Assembly (NCBI GenBank): GCA_964540815.1
Contig: CAZIOH010000003.1
Coordinates: 1,685 to 65,684 of the forward strand
DNA length: 64,000 nucleotides
From: an uncultured Myxococcales bacterium
GTDB taxonomy: Bacteria; Myxococcota_A; Polyangia; Fen-1088
Reading direction: 5' to 3'
Position 1 is the first letter of the stretch; each line of letters opens with the position of its first letter. The notes under the pieces were generated by a model. The model did not search any database. It saw nothing but the letters and a program-made list of their open reading frames with translations, and was not told where the DNA came from. Positions 27,925 to 36,277 of this stretch are shown in pieces. A program made the position numbers and the translations under genes.

Positions 27925-28886
27925 ACCGGGGCGCCACCAGCCAGCCGTCGTCTACCCTCAGAAGCACCCCCGGAGGCACCCGCATGTTGAAGTCCGCGAT
28001 ACCGTCCGCGCCCCGTCCCCTCCCGAGCCGGCTCACCGGCACCGTCACCGTCGCCTGTTGGGCCGCGATGGTGGCAGGCGCCGTGGCGATCACCCCTCGC
28101 CCGGCGCGCGCCGGACAGGGGAGCAGCCCGCAAGCCGTCGCCTCCGCCATCGCCTCGGGCTCCCCGGACGCCATCAAGGCCGAGCTCGAGCGCGCCGAGC
28201 ACCTGGTCTGTGCCGCCTGCGTGGACTACGTGCTGCCGCTCATCGACAACGCCGATGCCGGCATCCGCGAGGTCGCGGGGTGGTGGCTGATCCGGCGTGG
28301 TGCCAGTCGCCCGGTGTTCCGAGACATGCTCACGCGTCTCGGTGAGCCGAGCTCCATTCGCGCCCGCAATGCCGCGGACATCCTCGGGGCGTTCGCGCTG
28401 CCGCAGGCCATCCCGGCGCTCGGCGCGGCGCTGTCCAACCCGGTCTTCACCCCCGAGGCGCGGGCGGCCATGGCGGCGGCCCTCGGGAAGATTCACCGTC
28501 CAGAGGCGGCCGCGCCGCTCGGCGCCGCCCTGGCGGACGGCGTGCCCGAGGTCCGGGCCGCGGCGCTGGCGGCCCTGCGCCACGTCGACGGGTTCCGGGA
28601 TGGGCAGGTGGCGGTCCCGCTGCTGACCGACGCGGATCCGGAGGTGCGTGTCCAGGCCATCTTCACGGTCGCCGAACGCGGAATCACCGCGGCGGCCATG
28701 CCGCTCGTCGGCTTGCTGCAGAGCGATCCCAGCGCCAGCGTGCGCAGGCGGGCAGCCTGGGCGCTGGGCCAGATCCACGCGTCCGCGGCGATCGCGGCCG
28801 GGCCGCTCGGCCAGGCCGCGAGCTCCGACGCCTCGCCCTTCGTCCGCTCGCTGGCGCGGGCCTCACTGGCGGCGCTGTCGCGTTGA
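27921..28886 (+). CDS. Exported HEAT-repeat protein
   Basis: Signal ending PARA; repeats such as LADGVPEVRAAALAAL, LTDADPEVRVQAIFTV, LQSDPSASVRRRAAWALG; CAAC motif; 4-bp overlaps on both sides. Confidence 0.85.
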   Translation: MNRGATSQPSSTLRSTPGGTRMLKSAIPSAPRPLPSRLTGTVTVACWAAMVAGAVAITPRPARAGQGSSPQAVASAIASGSPDAIKAELERAEHLVCAACVDYVLPLIDNADAGIREVAGWWLIRRGASRPVFRDMLTRLGEPSSIRARNAADILGAFALPQAIPALGAALSNPVFTPEARAAMAAALGKIHRPEAAAPLGAALADGVPEVRAAALAALRHVDGFRDGQVAVPLLTDADPEVRVQAIFTVAERGITAAAMPLVGLLQSDPSASVRRRAAWALGQIHASAAIAAGPLGQAASSDASPFVRSLARASLAALSR

Positions 28887-31800
28887 CCGGCCGAGGGCGG
28901 ACAGCGGCGGCGCGCGGGTGGTCTTGGCCCGTGCGCGCGAGGTGGTGGGAGACCGGCGCGCTCGACGTATGCGCGAGCACCGCCGTCGCCGTCGCCGTCG
29001 CCATGGGCGTTGGCGCGGCGGGCTGCGCGCTGCCGAAGCCCGCGGAGCAGCACTACTACGACCAGCACATTCAGCCGTTCCTCAACAGCTTCTGCGTCGG
29101 GAACACCTCGCCCTGCCACGCGATCGATCCGGGCACCGGGCTGGCGCTCGGCAACCTCGATCTGTCGTCCTTCGAGGCGGTCCAGAAGCGCCCGGACGTC
29201 CTGCGCACCTACGGCAGCTATCCGATGCCGCTCCTGCTCATGAAGGCGGTTCCGGAGTCGTCGGTGCAGATCCCCTACCGCGGGAGGTTCCTTCAAAGCG
29301 AGATCCGTCACGCCGGAGGCAAGAGCCTGTCGACCAGCTCGGACGCCTTCGCCGAGCTGTCGCGGTGGCTGGCCAACGGCGCCAACCGGGACGGCGTCGC
29401 GCCGACCGGAAGCAACCGGCAGGGGCAAGGAGCCTGCAACACCAGCATCCCGGGCGATCGCAACACCAGCGTGGTCGACACGTCGAGCACCGCCTACCAG
29501 CTCTTCACCGCCAACGTGGCCCCGATGCTGAAGGCGTCGTGCACCTTCGCCACCTGCCACAGCTCGCCTCAGTCGGACTTCTACCTGACCTGCGGCACGG
29601 ACGACGCCCAGCAGCGCTTCAACTTCCTGCAGGCAGCCGGGTTCGTCGCCCCCAGGCCCGATCCGACCGCGGCCGCCGGCACCGGCGTCGAGCAGAGCGA
29701 GATCCTGCTGCGGCCCCTGTCCCCCGCCTCGGGTGGGGTCAGTCACACCGGCGGCGTCTTCTTCGCGTCGCGCAGCGACGACACCTGGAAGAGGTGGAGG
29801 GACTGGGCGGTGGCGGTGCAGGCCGATCCCCCCGAGCAGTTCGTCCGCTCGGCGGGCCAGCAGTTCTTCGAGGCGAACGTGATGCCGAAGCTCCTGCAAC
29901 GTGGGTGCGCCCTCGAGGGGTGTCACAGCCCGAACGGCTTCAACGACTATCGCCTGCGCCCGGGCGGCCAGGGCTTCTTTGCCCCGACGGCTCTGCGTCG
30001 CAACTACGAGACCACCGTCAACGAGTTCATGGCCGTCGACAGCGTGGACGTCACGCAGTCGCGTGCGGTCAAGAAGACCCTCTTTGCGGCCAGCGGGGGC
30101 ATTCCCCACCGTGGCGGCCCGTTGCTCGAGGGGACGGCCGACACCTCGTCGGCGGCGGCCTGCCCGGCCACCTACGATCCCGCCACCGCCACCGCTTTTT
30201 GCACCTTCGTCGAGTGGCACCGCCTCGAGCGCGTCGACCGAGCCTCCAGCGTCTCGCCCATGGGCGCGGCGGCGGCGGGGGCGGCGGCGGGCGGGCAGAG
30301 CCTCACGCTCGCGTTCGTGGCGCGCCCACCCGATCCGGACAACCTGCTCGAGTTCGACACCTATCGCCCGGGGGCGGATCTCCGGCTGGCGGACGCGGCG
30401 CTCGATGCCATGGGCCGGGTCACCGCGGTGACCAATTCACGCAGCGCCCTCGCGGGCTGCGCAGGGCTCGACGCCGGGGGTGGCGGGCTCGACGTGCGCG
30501 GCCCCGACTGGAGCTACGACGCGAGCCAGCTGGTCTTTGCGGCCCGCACGGCCGCGGCCTCCGGGCTCGATCTGTGGGTGCTGGACGTGACCGCGGGTGG
30601 CGTGCCCGGGGCCTGCCGGCGTCTGACCAGCGACGATGGGCGGATGCTGACCTTCGTGCGCGTGCACAACTTCGATCCGATGTTCGCGCCGGATGGAACC
30701 ATCGTGTTCGCCTCGACCCGGGCCGGGACCCTCACCCCGAAGACCTTCCTGCCGAACGCGGACCTCTTTCGCACGGGACCGGCGGCGGACTTCGGAAACG
30801 TCCAGCAGATGACCTACCTGCTCGGGTCGGAGCTGTCACCGGCCATGATGCAGGACGGGCGCATCTCGTTCACCGCCGAGAAGGCTTCGCCCGACTTTTA
30901 CCAGCTGTCAGGGCGCCGGATGAACTGGGATCTCTCCGACTACCATCCGCTGCTCGCCCAGCGCGCCCAGTCGACCACCACCTTCGATACCACGCTGTAC
31001 CCGTCGGTGGGGTATGCGCAGGCCACCGAGATCCGCGAGGGGCTGGACCGCAACTTCCTGGTCATCCTCTCCGACGTCGGGGCCAAGGGCGGTGGCGGGA
31101 CCCTCGCGACCTTCAACCGGTCGATCGGGCCCTTCGAGGCCGACCGCACCGAGAAGACGTTTCTGCGCTCGCTGCACATCGTGGACAGCCAGGCCACCGG
31201 GCGATCGAGCACGGTGGGTGCGTACCGCTCCCCGACGTCGTTGCCGAACGGGGAGATCCTGGCCTCGTACGCCGCCAACGTGCACGACACCCTGGCCGAC
31301 GTGCCGACCTACGCGCTGGTGGCGATGAGCATCGGCCAAGGGGCCGACGACGCCAGCGGCGATGCCGCGCGGCGCGTGCTGCTCGGCAGCCCGACCCAGT
31401 CCTACGTGGAGGCCACCCTCGGGTACAAGCGCTCGGCCACCGCGCTCTTCCACAACATCCCGCAGCTGGTGTTCGGTGGTCACGACATGGGGAACGACTA
31501 TGCGGTCATGCACTTCCCCGATCTCCCGATGCTCGCCACCCTGCTCGGCGACAACCTCCGCCACGGACGCAACGTCGCGCGGTTCGACGCGGCCACGGCC
31601 CTCAAGATCTACGAGGAGCGTCCGCCACCCGCGCCGAACCCGCCCGGGCTCCAGGGGTCACAGAACGTGTACGTGGATCGGATCTCGCTCGGCAGCGTGC
31701 CGCTCGCGCCCGATCACTCGGTCAAGGTCTACGTGCCGGCCCGCAAGCCGCTGGTCCTCGAGCTGGTGGACGGCGATGGGAAGCCGGTCCTGACCATGGG

Positions 31801-31990
31801 CGAGGAGCACCAGGTCTCCCCCGGCGAGTACATCACGCCGGGCGTCCCGCGCCGGCTCTTCAACGGGGTCTGCGGCGGCTGTCACGGCAGCATCAGCGGC
31901 AACGAGCTCGACGTCGCGGTCACCGTCGACGCGCTCACCGGCGCCTCGGTGAGCAGCTCCCGCGACCTCGAGCCCCAGGCGCTGAGGTGA
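28883..31990 (+). CDS. Second HzsA-related lipoprotein with CX6CH, two CX4CH and one CXXCH motif plus PD40 propeller
   Basis: Lipobox GAAGC; CVGNTSPCH, CTFATCH, CALEGCH, CGGCH; HNFDPMFAPDGTIVFASTR, SPAMMQDGRISFT; VKVYVPARKPLVLELVDGDG middle domain. Start may be downstream of 28883. Confidence 0.7.
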   Translation: MTGRGRTAAARGWSWPVRARWWETGALDVCASTAVAVAVAMGVGAAGCALPKPAEQHYYDQHIQPFLNSFCVGNTSPCHAIDPGTGLALGNLDLSSFEAVQKRPDVLRTYGSYPMPLLLMKAVPESSVQIPYRGRFLQSEIRHAGGKSLSTSSDAFAELSRWLANGANRDGVAPTGSNRQGQGACNTSIPGDRNTSVVDTSSTAYQLFTANVAPMLKASCTFATCHSSPQSDFYLTCGTDDAQQRFNFLQAAGFVAPRPDPTAAAGTGVEQSEILLRPLSPASGGVSHTGGVFFASRSDDTWKRWRDWAVAVQADPPEQFVRSAGQQFFEANVMPKLLQRGCALEGCHSPNGFNDYRLRPGGQGFFAPTALRRNYETTVNEFMAVDSVDVTQSRAVKKTLFAASGGIPHRGGPLLEGTADTSSAAACPATYDPATATAFCTFVEWHRLERVDRASSVSPMGAAAAGAAAGGQSLTLAFVARPPDPDNLLEFDTYRPGADLRLADAALDAMGRVTAVTNSRSALAGCAGLDAGGGGLDVRGPDWSYDASQLVFAARTAAASGLDLWVLDVTAGGVPGACRRLTSDDGRMLTFVRVHNFDPMFAPDGTIVFASTRAGTLTPKTFLPNADLFRTGPAADFGNVQQMTYLLGSELSPAMMQDGRISFTAEKASPDFYQLSGRRMNWDLSDYHPLLAQRAQSTTTFDTTLYPSVGYAQATEIREGLDRNFLVILSDVGAKGGGGTLATFNRSIGPFEADRTEKTFLRSLHIVDSQATGRSSTVGAYRSPTSLPNGEILASYAANVHDTLADVPTYALVAMSIGQGADDASGDAARRVLLGSPTQSYVEATLGYKRSATALFHNIPQLVFGGHDMGNDYAVMHFPDLPMLATLLGDNLRHGRNVARFDAATALKIYEERPPPAPNPPGLQGSQNVYVDRISLGSVPLAPDHSVKVYVPARKPLVLELVDGDGKPVLTMGEEHQVSPGEYITPGVPRRLFNGVCGGCHGSISGNELDVAVTVDALTGASVSSSRDLEPQALR

Positions 31991-32017
31991 CTCGGCTCCG
32001 CGGAAGCCGGGGTTCGC

Positions 32018-33262
32018 TCAGAAGCGCAGCGAGAGGGCGAGCTGGCCGATGTAGGCGCGACGGCGATCGGCGTTCGGCGCCAGGGCGGAGGCGAGCTCGT
32101 AGAAGAGGCCCTCGAACTTGGCGGACAGCTCGATCTCGTTGAAGAGGGTCCTGGCATCCCCTTCAGGCAGGCGCAGGTAGGCCACCTTGCCCCCGAGCAG
32201 GGTGTTCTGCATGGTGGACAGCTCGCGGTCCCCGGTCCAGTACTGCCCGACTGGCCCCGTCAGGCGGTAGCCCTCGGCGTCCCGGTAGAACACCGCCCCC
32301 ACCTGCGAGTGGACCCGGGCCAGGGCCGACAGGATGAGGAAGCGCGTGAGGTACTCGTGAAAGGCGAGCTCGGCCGAGTACGCCTGCAGGGCCCAGGTGT
32401 CACGGTAGACCCGCGCCATGCCCTGCAGGGACGCGTGCAGGGCGGGAACGGCGTAGGCGGCGCGGCCGAAGACCGCGAAGCGCTGGCGCAAGCCGGGCAA
32501 GCTCTCCTGGGGTGTCCGCCCGGCGCTGCCGAGCTCGACCCGCCGGTATGGGTTCGACTGGAAGCCATCCAGGATCTGCACGGTCCCTCCACCTTGCAAG
32601 AGGAGGCGCGGCGTGACGGCCCAGGTGAGCGAGGGCTCGAGCGAGTCGATGTCGAGGTGGCGGGTGACGATCTGGGGATCGCCTTGAAAGCAATGGTCCG
32701 ACTTCACCAGGGCCAGGCGCTCCAGCGGATTGCCCACGGCGGCTGCGTTGTTCCGATCGCACACCCGATCGAAGTTGTGCGTGAAGGACAGCCCCAGCGT
32801 GAAGGCGTGCTCGGCAAAGTCGCTGCGGGTCGCCACGGTCAGCGAATGGGACTGGTAGTCATGCTCCCACCCGTAGCTGTACCCCACGGTCACGTCGGCG
32901 ACCGGGCGGGTGTAGGTCACGCTCCCGCGCACCTGCTGCCGCGTGTCCGAGAACTTGGTCGCCGACGAGACCGCGTCGACCCCGAAGATGACCGGGGTCG
33001 CCCCGGTGACGATGTCCACCGAGTAGCCAGCCGCCAGCTTCACCGACGCGCCGAGCATCGTGTCGACGTCGGTCTGCGGATGGATCACGGTCACCCCGTC
33101 GTTGGTGGACGACGGCTCCCGGAACACCGTGAGGTGCTGCGCCGCCGAGGTCTCCCCCGCCTGCGCTTCCCCCGAGCCGCCCCCCAGGCCGAGCGCCAAG
33201 CCCATCGACACGATCAGCAGCCTCGCCCGGAGCCGCCCCTTCCCGCGCCGGATCAGTTGCAT
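32018..33262 (-). CDS. DUF3570-like outer-membrane protein
   Basis: Signal peptide; VDIVTGATP...DAVSSAT, E.DYQS, GFQSNPYRRV, P.E.LP..RQR, YRDTW, FYRD..Y...DREL motifs; terminal F. Confidence 0.75.
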   Translation of the reverse strand: MQLIRRGKGRLRARLLIVSMGLALGLGGGSGEAQAGETSAAQHLTVFREPSSTNDGVTVIHPQTDVDTMLGASVKLAAGYSVDIVTGATPVIFGVDAVSSATKFSDTRQQVRGSVTYTRPVADVTVGYSYGWEHDYQSHSLTVATRSDFAEHAFTLGLSFTHNFDRVCDRNNAAAVGNPLERLALVKSDHCFQGDPQIVTRHLDIDSLEPSLTWAVTPRLLLQGGGTVQILDGFQSNPYRRVELGSAGRTPQESLPGLRQRFAVFGRAAYAVPALHASLQGMARVYRDTWALQAYSAELAFHEYLTRFLILSALARVHSQVGAVFYRDAEGYRLTGPVGQYWTGDRELSTMQNTLLGGKVAYLRLPEGDARTLFNEIELSAKFEGLFYELASALAPNADRRRAYIGQLALSLRF

Positions 33263-33618
33263 CCGCAGCCGCCTCCGGAGGTGCCCGTGCCGCCGATGGC
33301 CCCCTCCCGGTTCGCGAGCACGTGCTCGTCGGCGGCGCGCTCCTGCGGATCGGCGTCGAAGCGCATGATGCGATCGGCGAGCAGCTCCCGCTGGTGGGCC
33401 TTGACCCCCACATGACCGCATCCGCTGGCGAGCACCGCCGACAGTGCCGCCGCCGCCACCAACCACGGGCGGAAGGCGCGGACATCCGCGCGCAGCCGCC
33501 CGCGAAGACCCTCGCGAACGCGCGCACGCGGCTCAGAAGACGATGGCGAGCGCACCGGTGTACTCCTCCATGCGTTGGGTGTGGTTCGGATCGAAGACCA
33601 CGTAGTGCCGCACGTCAC
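33253..33618 (-). CDS. DUF4266-like small lipoprotein
   Basis: LASGC lipobox; VKAHQRELLADRIM...REGAIGGTGTSGGGCGCN terminus. True start is downstream of 33618 (about 33460-33530). Confidence 0.85.
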   Translation of the reverse strand: MTCGTTWSSIRTTPNAWRSTPVRSPSSSEPRARVREGLRGRLRADVRAFRPWLVAAAALSAVLASGCGHVGVKAHQRELLADRIMRFDADPQERAADEHVLANREGAIGGTGTSGGGCGCN

Positions 33619-34372
33619 CCCGCAACGTCACGCGCTTCTTGAGGGCCACCAGCAGCCCTCCGCCCACGTTGACCACCGCGTAGGTGCCGGTGCGGATGGC
33701 GAACTGGTCGGCCTTCTTGCGACTGGCGGCCCCACCGGCCGCCGCGCCGAGAAAGGGGGTCACGGGCGCGCTCGGAAACACGAACACGTTCGGCCCGCCG
33801 CCGAAGTAGAAGACGTCGAGCTCGTTGCCCACGGTCTCGCCCGCGAAGCCCTCCAGCGACAGGTGCGGCTCGAACAGGAACGCCGGGCGGAAGATGAAGG
33901 CCGAATCTCCCCCGAGGAGTCCGGCCGAGAAGGACAGCCCGAACCGTCCCTCGAGCAGCGGCGATGGCGAGAACACCGCCTCCGAGAGGCGGTGCCACAG
34001 CGAGGGCCCACGGTGGGCCTCCGCCGTGTCGAGGTCGAGCGGGAACACCTCGTCCCCGAGCAACCAACCCCCGGTTCCATCCGGCAGGCGCACCCGGAAC
34101 CAGCTGGCGGACGTCGCGCGCTCGACCACCGGCAGCACCTCGCCCCGCGTCGCCACGTAGACCACCCGGAACGCCGCGCCTGGACCGGTGTGAACGGCGG
34201 CCTGCTCGGCGAGCACGCGCACCAGCGCCTCGTCGTCGGCGCGGGCCTCCGATGGCCAGACGGCCGCTGCGCACAGACAGGCGGCGATCACCAGGATCAG
34301 CCCCGGCGGCCGCGGCCCACCCGGCCGCCGCCGCCCGGGCATCGGCGAGCTCCGGCCCGCACCGGCGCTCAC
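33533..34372 (-). CDS. SH3-like domain plus outer-membrane beta-barrel protein
   Basis: VHTGPGAAFRVV....RGE.L.V.....SWFRVRLPDGTGGW (SH3b-like); alternating beta strands ending YTGALAIVF; GTGA overlap. Confidence 0.75.
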   Translation of the reverse strand: MSAGAGRSSPMPGRRRPGGPRPPGLILVIAACLCAAAVWPSEARADDEALVRVLAEQAAVHTGPGAAFRVVYVATRGEVLPVVERATSASWFRVRLPDGTGGWLLGDEVFPLDLDTAEAHRGPSLWHRLSEAVFSPSPLLEGRFGLSFSAGLLGGDSAFIFRPAFLFEPHLSLEGFAGETVGNELDVFYFGGGPNVFVFPSAPVTPFLGAAAGGAASRKKADQFAIRTGTYAVVNVGGGLLVALKKRVTLRGDVRHYVVFDPNHTQRMEEYTGALAIVF

Positions 34373-34824
34373 GGCCCCGCCACCCACTGCGTGAGCAACC
34401 CGAGCTCGGGTCCGTTCGGCTCGAACAGCTTGTCGCCGCCGTGCTGGCTGAGACCGGATGGCTTGGTGTAAAGCTCGCTCCCGGCCACGTCCGAGCAGTT
34501 CATCTGGTTCGCCGCCGACTGGTAGAGGGCATCCCAGTCCGAGCCCGCCACCAGCGGGAACGTGGGCGTGCTGGTCGAGGTGGGCGCCACGATGTGCAGC
34601 GGCCGGTTGGCGCTGGCGTGGCAGCTGGCGTCCCCGCAGGTCTTGCCCGAATAGCTCTGCGCCAGGTAGCTGGGCCAGATCTGCGCGACGAAGAACTGCG
34701 CGGAAGGTCGGCAGGCGTTGACGTCGGCCGGCGGCGCGCCGACGTCAACCGTGCTGCACGCGCCGAGGCCGAGCCCGAGCGCGACCAGCGCCGCGCGCAC
34801 CGCCAGGCGGCGGCTCGCGATCAA
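34369..34824 (-). CDS. Small lipoprotein with CX4CH motif (putative cytochrome c-like)
   Basis: TTG 34824 overlaps upstream stop; lipobox LGLGAC; QFFVAQIWPSYL...TCGDASCH...KPSGLSQHGGDKLF...LTQW. Confidence 0.7.
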   Translation of the reverse strand: MIASRRLAVRAALVALGLGLGACSTVDVGAPPADVNACRPSAQFFVAQIWPSYLAQSYSGKTCGDASCHASANRPLHIVAPTSTSTPTFPLVAGSDWDALYQSAANQMNCSDVAGSELYTKPSGLSQHGGDKLFEPNGPELGLLTQWVAGP

Positions 34825-35459
34825 AACGCGTACCTCATCCAGGCGGTGGTCACCAGCAGCTGACCACGCCCGAGACCATTCGCCTGCAAGTAGCTGGCGC
34901 GCACCCCGAGCGCGAAGTGCCGGGACAGGGTGTGGTACTCGAGCCCGAGCCCCCCGCCATAGACCGGCGAGGTCCGCTGATCGTTGAGGCTCGCCGTGGC
35001 GAGGACGTTGGTGGACGTGTGGAGCATCCCCCCGTCCGCCGTGACCGAGGCCGCGAAGCTGCGGTGGCGCAGCGACACGCGCAGCGCGCCCGTGAGCTGG
35101 TAGAGCTGCAGGAGCTCCCCGTCCTGGGGAGCCTGGGGAAACTGCGTCGTGTGGGTCGACCCGACGCCCCGCGCCTCGAGCGCCAGCCACCGCGTGAGGT
35201 CGTAGCCCGCGACGAGGCCGAGCCCGAAGCCGGGGCCGAGGTGCGCGTGCAGCGGGCCGAGGGGCAAGACCGCGCCCACCTCCCCCGCCGTGTAGAGCCC
35301 GTAGGCAAACTTGCTCGGATCGGCCAGGACTTGCGGCGTCGGCGCATCGGTGACCTGCGCGCGGGCCACGCGCGGGGCTCCGGGGACGGCCCCGAGCGCC
35401 ATCAGCGCGGCCGCCACCTTCACGACCAGATGCGGGAAGAGAGAACGCCGCGGGCTCAT
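34821..35459 (-). CDS. GltH/CglE/NfsH-like small outer-membrane beta-barrel
   Basis: Signal ending VARA; GLYTAGEVG, GFGLGLVAGYDL..WLALE, GGGLGLEYHTLSRHFALG; terminal F; position after gltG-like gene. Confidence 0.65.
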   Translation of the reverse strand: MSPRRSLFPHLVVKVAAALMALGAVPGAPRVARAQVTDAPTPQVLADPSKFAYGLYTAGEVGAVLPLGPLHAHLGPGFGLGLVAGYDLTRWLALEARGVGSTHTTQFPQAPQDGELLQLYQLTGALRVSLRHRSFAASVTADGGMLHTSTNVLATASLNDQRTSPVYGGGLGLEYHTLSRHFALGVRASYLQANGLGRGQLLVTTAWMRYAF

Positions 35460-36277
35460 TGTCTCGGCGGGATGGTCGGGGCGAAGGTCGCCGGTTGGGG
35501 AACGAATTCATCGGCGCCGCTCGACCACAACCGATTGTCATCGTCGCGGATCCGCACCAGGAACCGACAGGTCATGTGCTGGGTGGCCGCGACCTGCAAG
35601 GTGACCTCCCACAGGGCGGGTCGCACGAAGCCCGCCGGCAGCATCTCGAGGCCGATCGGGTTCACCTCCGAGCGATTCACGATGACCGCCTGGAACGGGG
35701 CCATGAACCGCCCCATCGCGTCGAGATCCAGGGCGGCCTCGTGGAAGTCGTCCTCGCGCACGGTCCCCTGAAGAATCCCGCCCGGAGCCAGGGTCTCGGG
35801 CGTCGGCTCGATGAGTCCGAAGAACGGTGACTGCTGGTTGGCGGTGGCGAACGCCGTGGCCACCGCGTCCTCGTCGTAGCGGGTGAACTCGTTGGCACCA
35901 TCCACGTGCAGGGTGAAGGTCCCCGCCGCGTCGCCCAGGTTCGTGACGGTGTAGCGAACCTCGACATGGAACCTGTCCTCGCGCACCTCCGGGAGCGGGA
36001 CCGGGTAGGCCAGCTTCTGCTGGAGTGCCTGTCGGTCGCGGTTCTCGGCGGCGGTGGACGCCCGCAAGCGCAACGCCACCGTCCCCTTGACCCCAAACGA
36101 GCCGGCGCCGCCCGCGCCGCCCGCGCCCGGCATGGTCATCGCCTGTCCGGGCTGGCCGTTCACCTCGATGGCCATGGTGGCGGGGACGTACACCGGATCG
36201 TTGGCGTCGCAGCCCACGATCCCTCCACTCGCCCCACACCCGATCAGCGCTACCAGCACCGGCGGGGAGACTCTCAC
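35456..36277 (-). CDS. Hypothetical lipoprotein
   Basis: GTG 36277 overlaps upstream stop; GIVGC lipobox-like; good codon usage; coupled to both neighbours. Confidence 0.7.
   Translation of the reverse strand: MRVSPPVLVALIGCGASGGIVGCDANDPVYVPATMAIEVNGQPGQAMTMPGAGGAGGAGSFGVKGTVALRLRASTAAENRDRQALQQKLAYPVPLPEVREDRFHVEVRYTVTNLGDAAGTFTLHVDGANEFTRYDEDAVATAFATANQQSPFFGLIEPTPETLAPGGILQGTVREDDFHEAALDLDAMGRFMAPFQAVIVNRSEVNPIGLEMLPAGFVRPALWEVTLQVAATQHMTCRFLVRIRDDDNRLWSSGADEFVPQPATFAPTIPPRQ

Noticed and set aside
25672-31990. Anammox (hydrazine synthesis) capability
   Set aside because: Only alpha-like domains are present. No hzsB, hzsC, hydrazine dehydrogenase or HAO-like genes are in the window, and HzsA-related domains occur in non-anammox bacteria.
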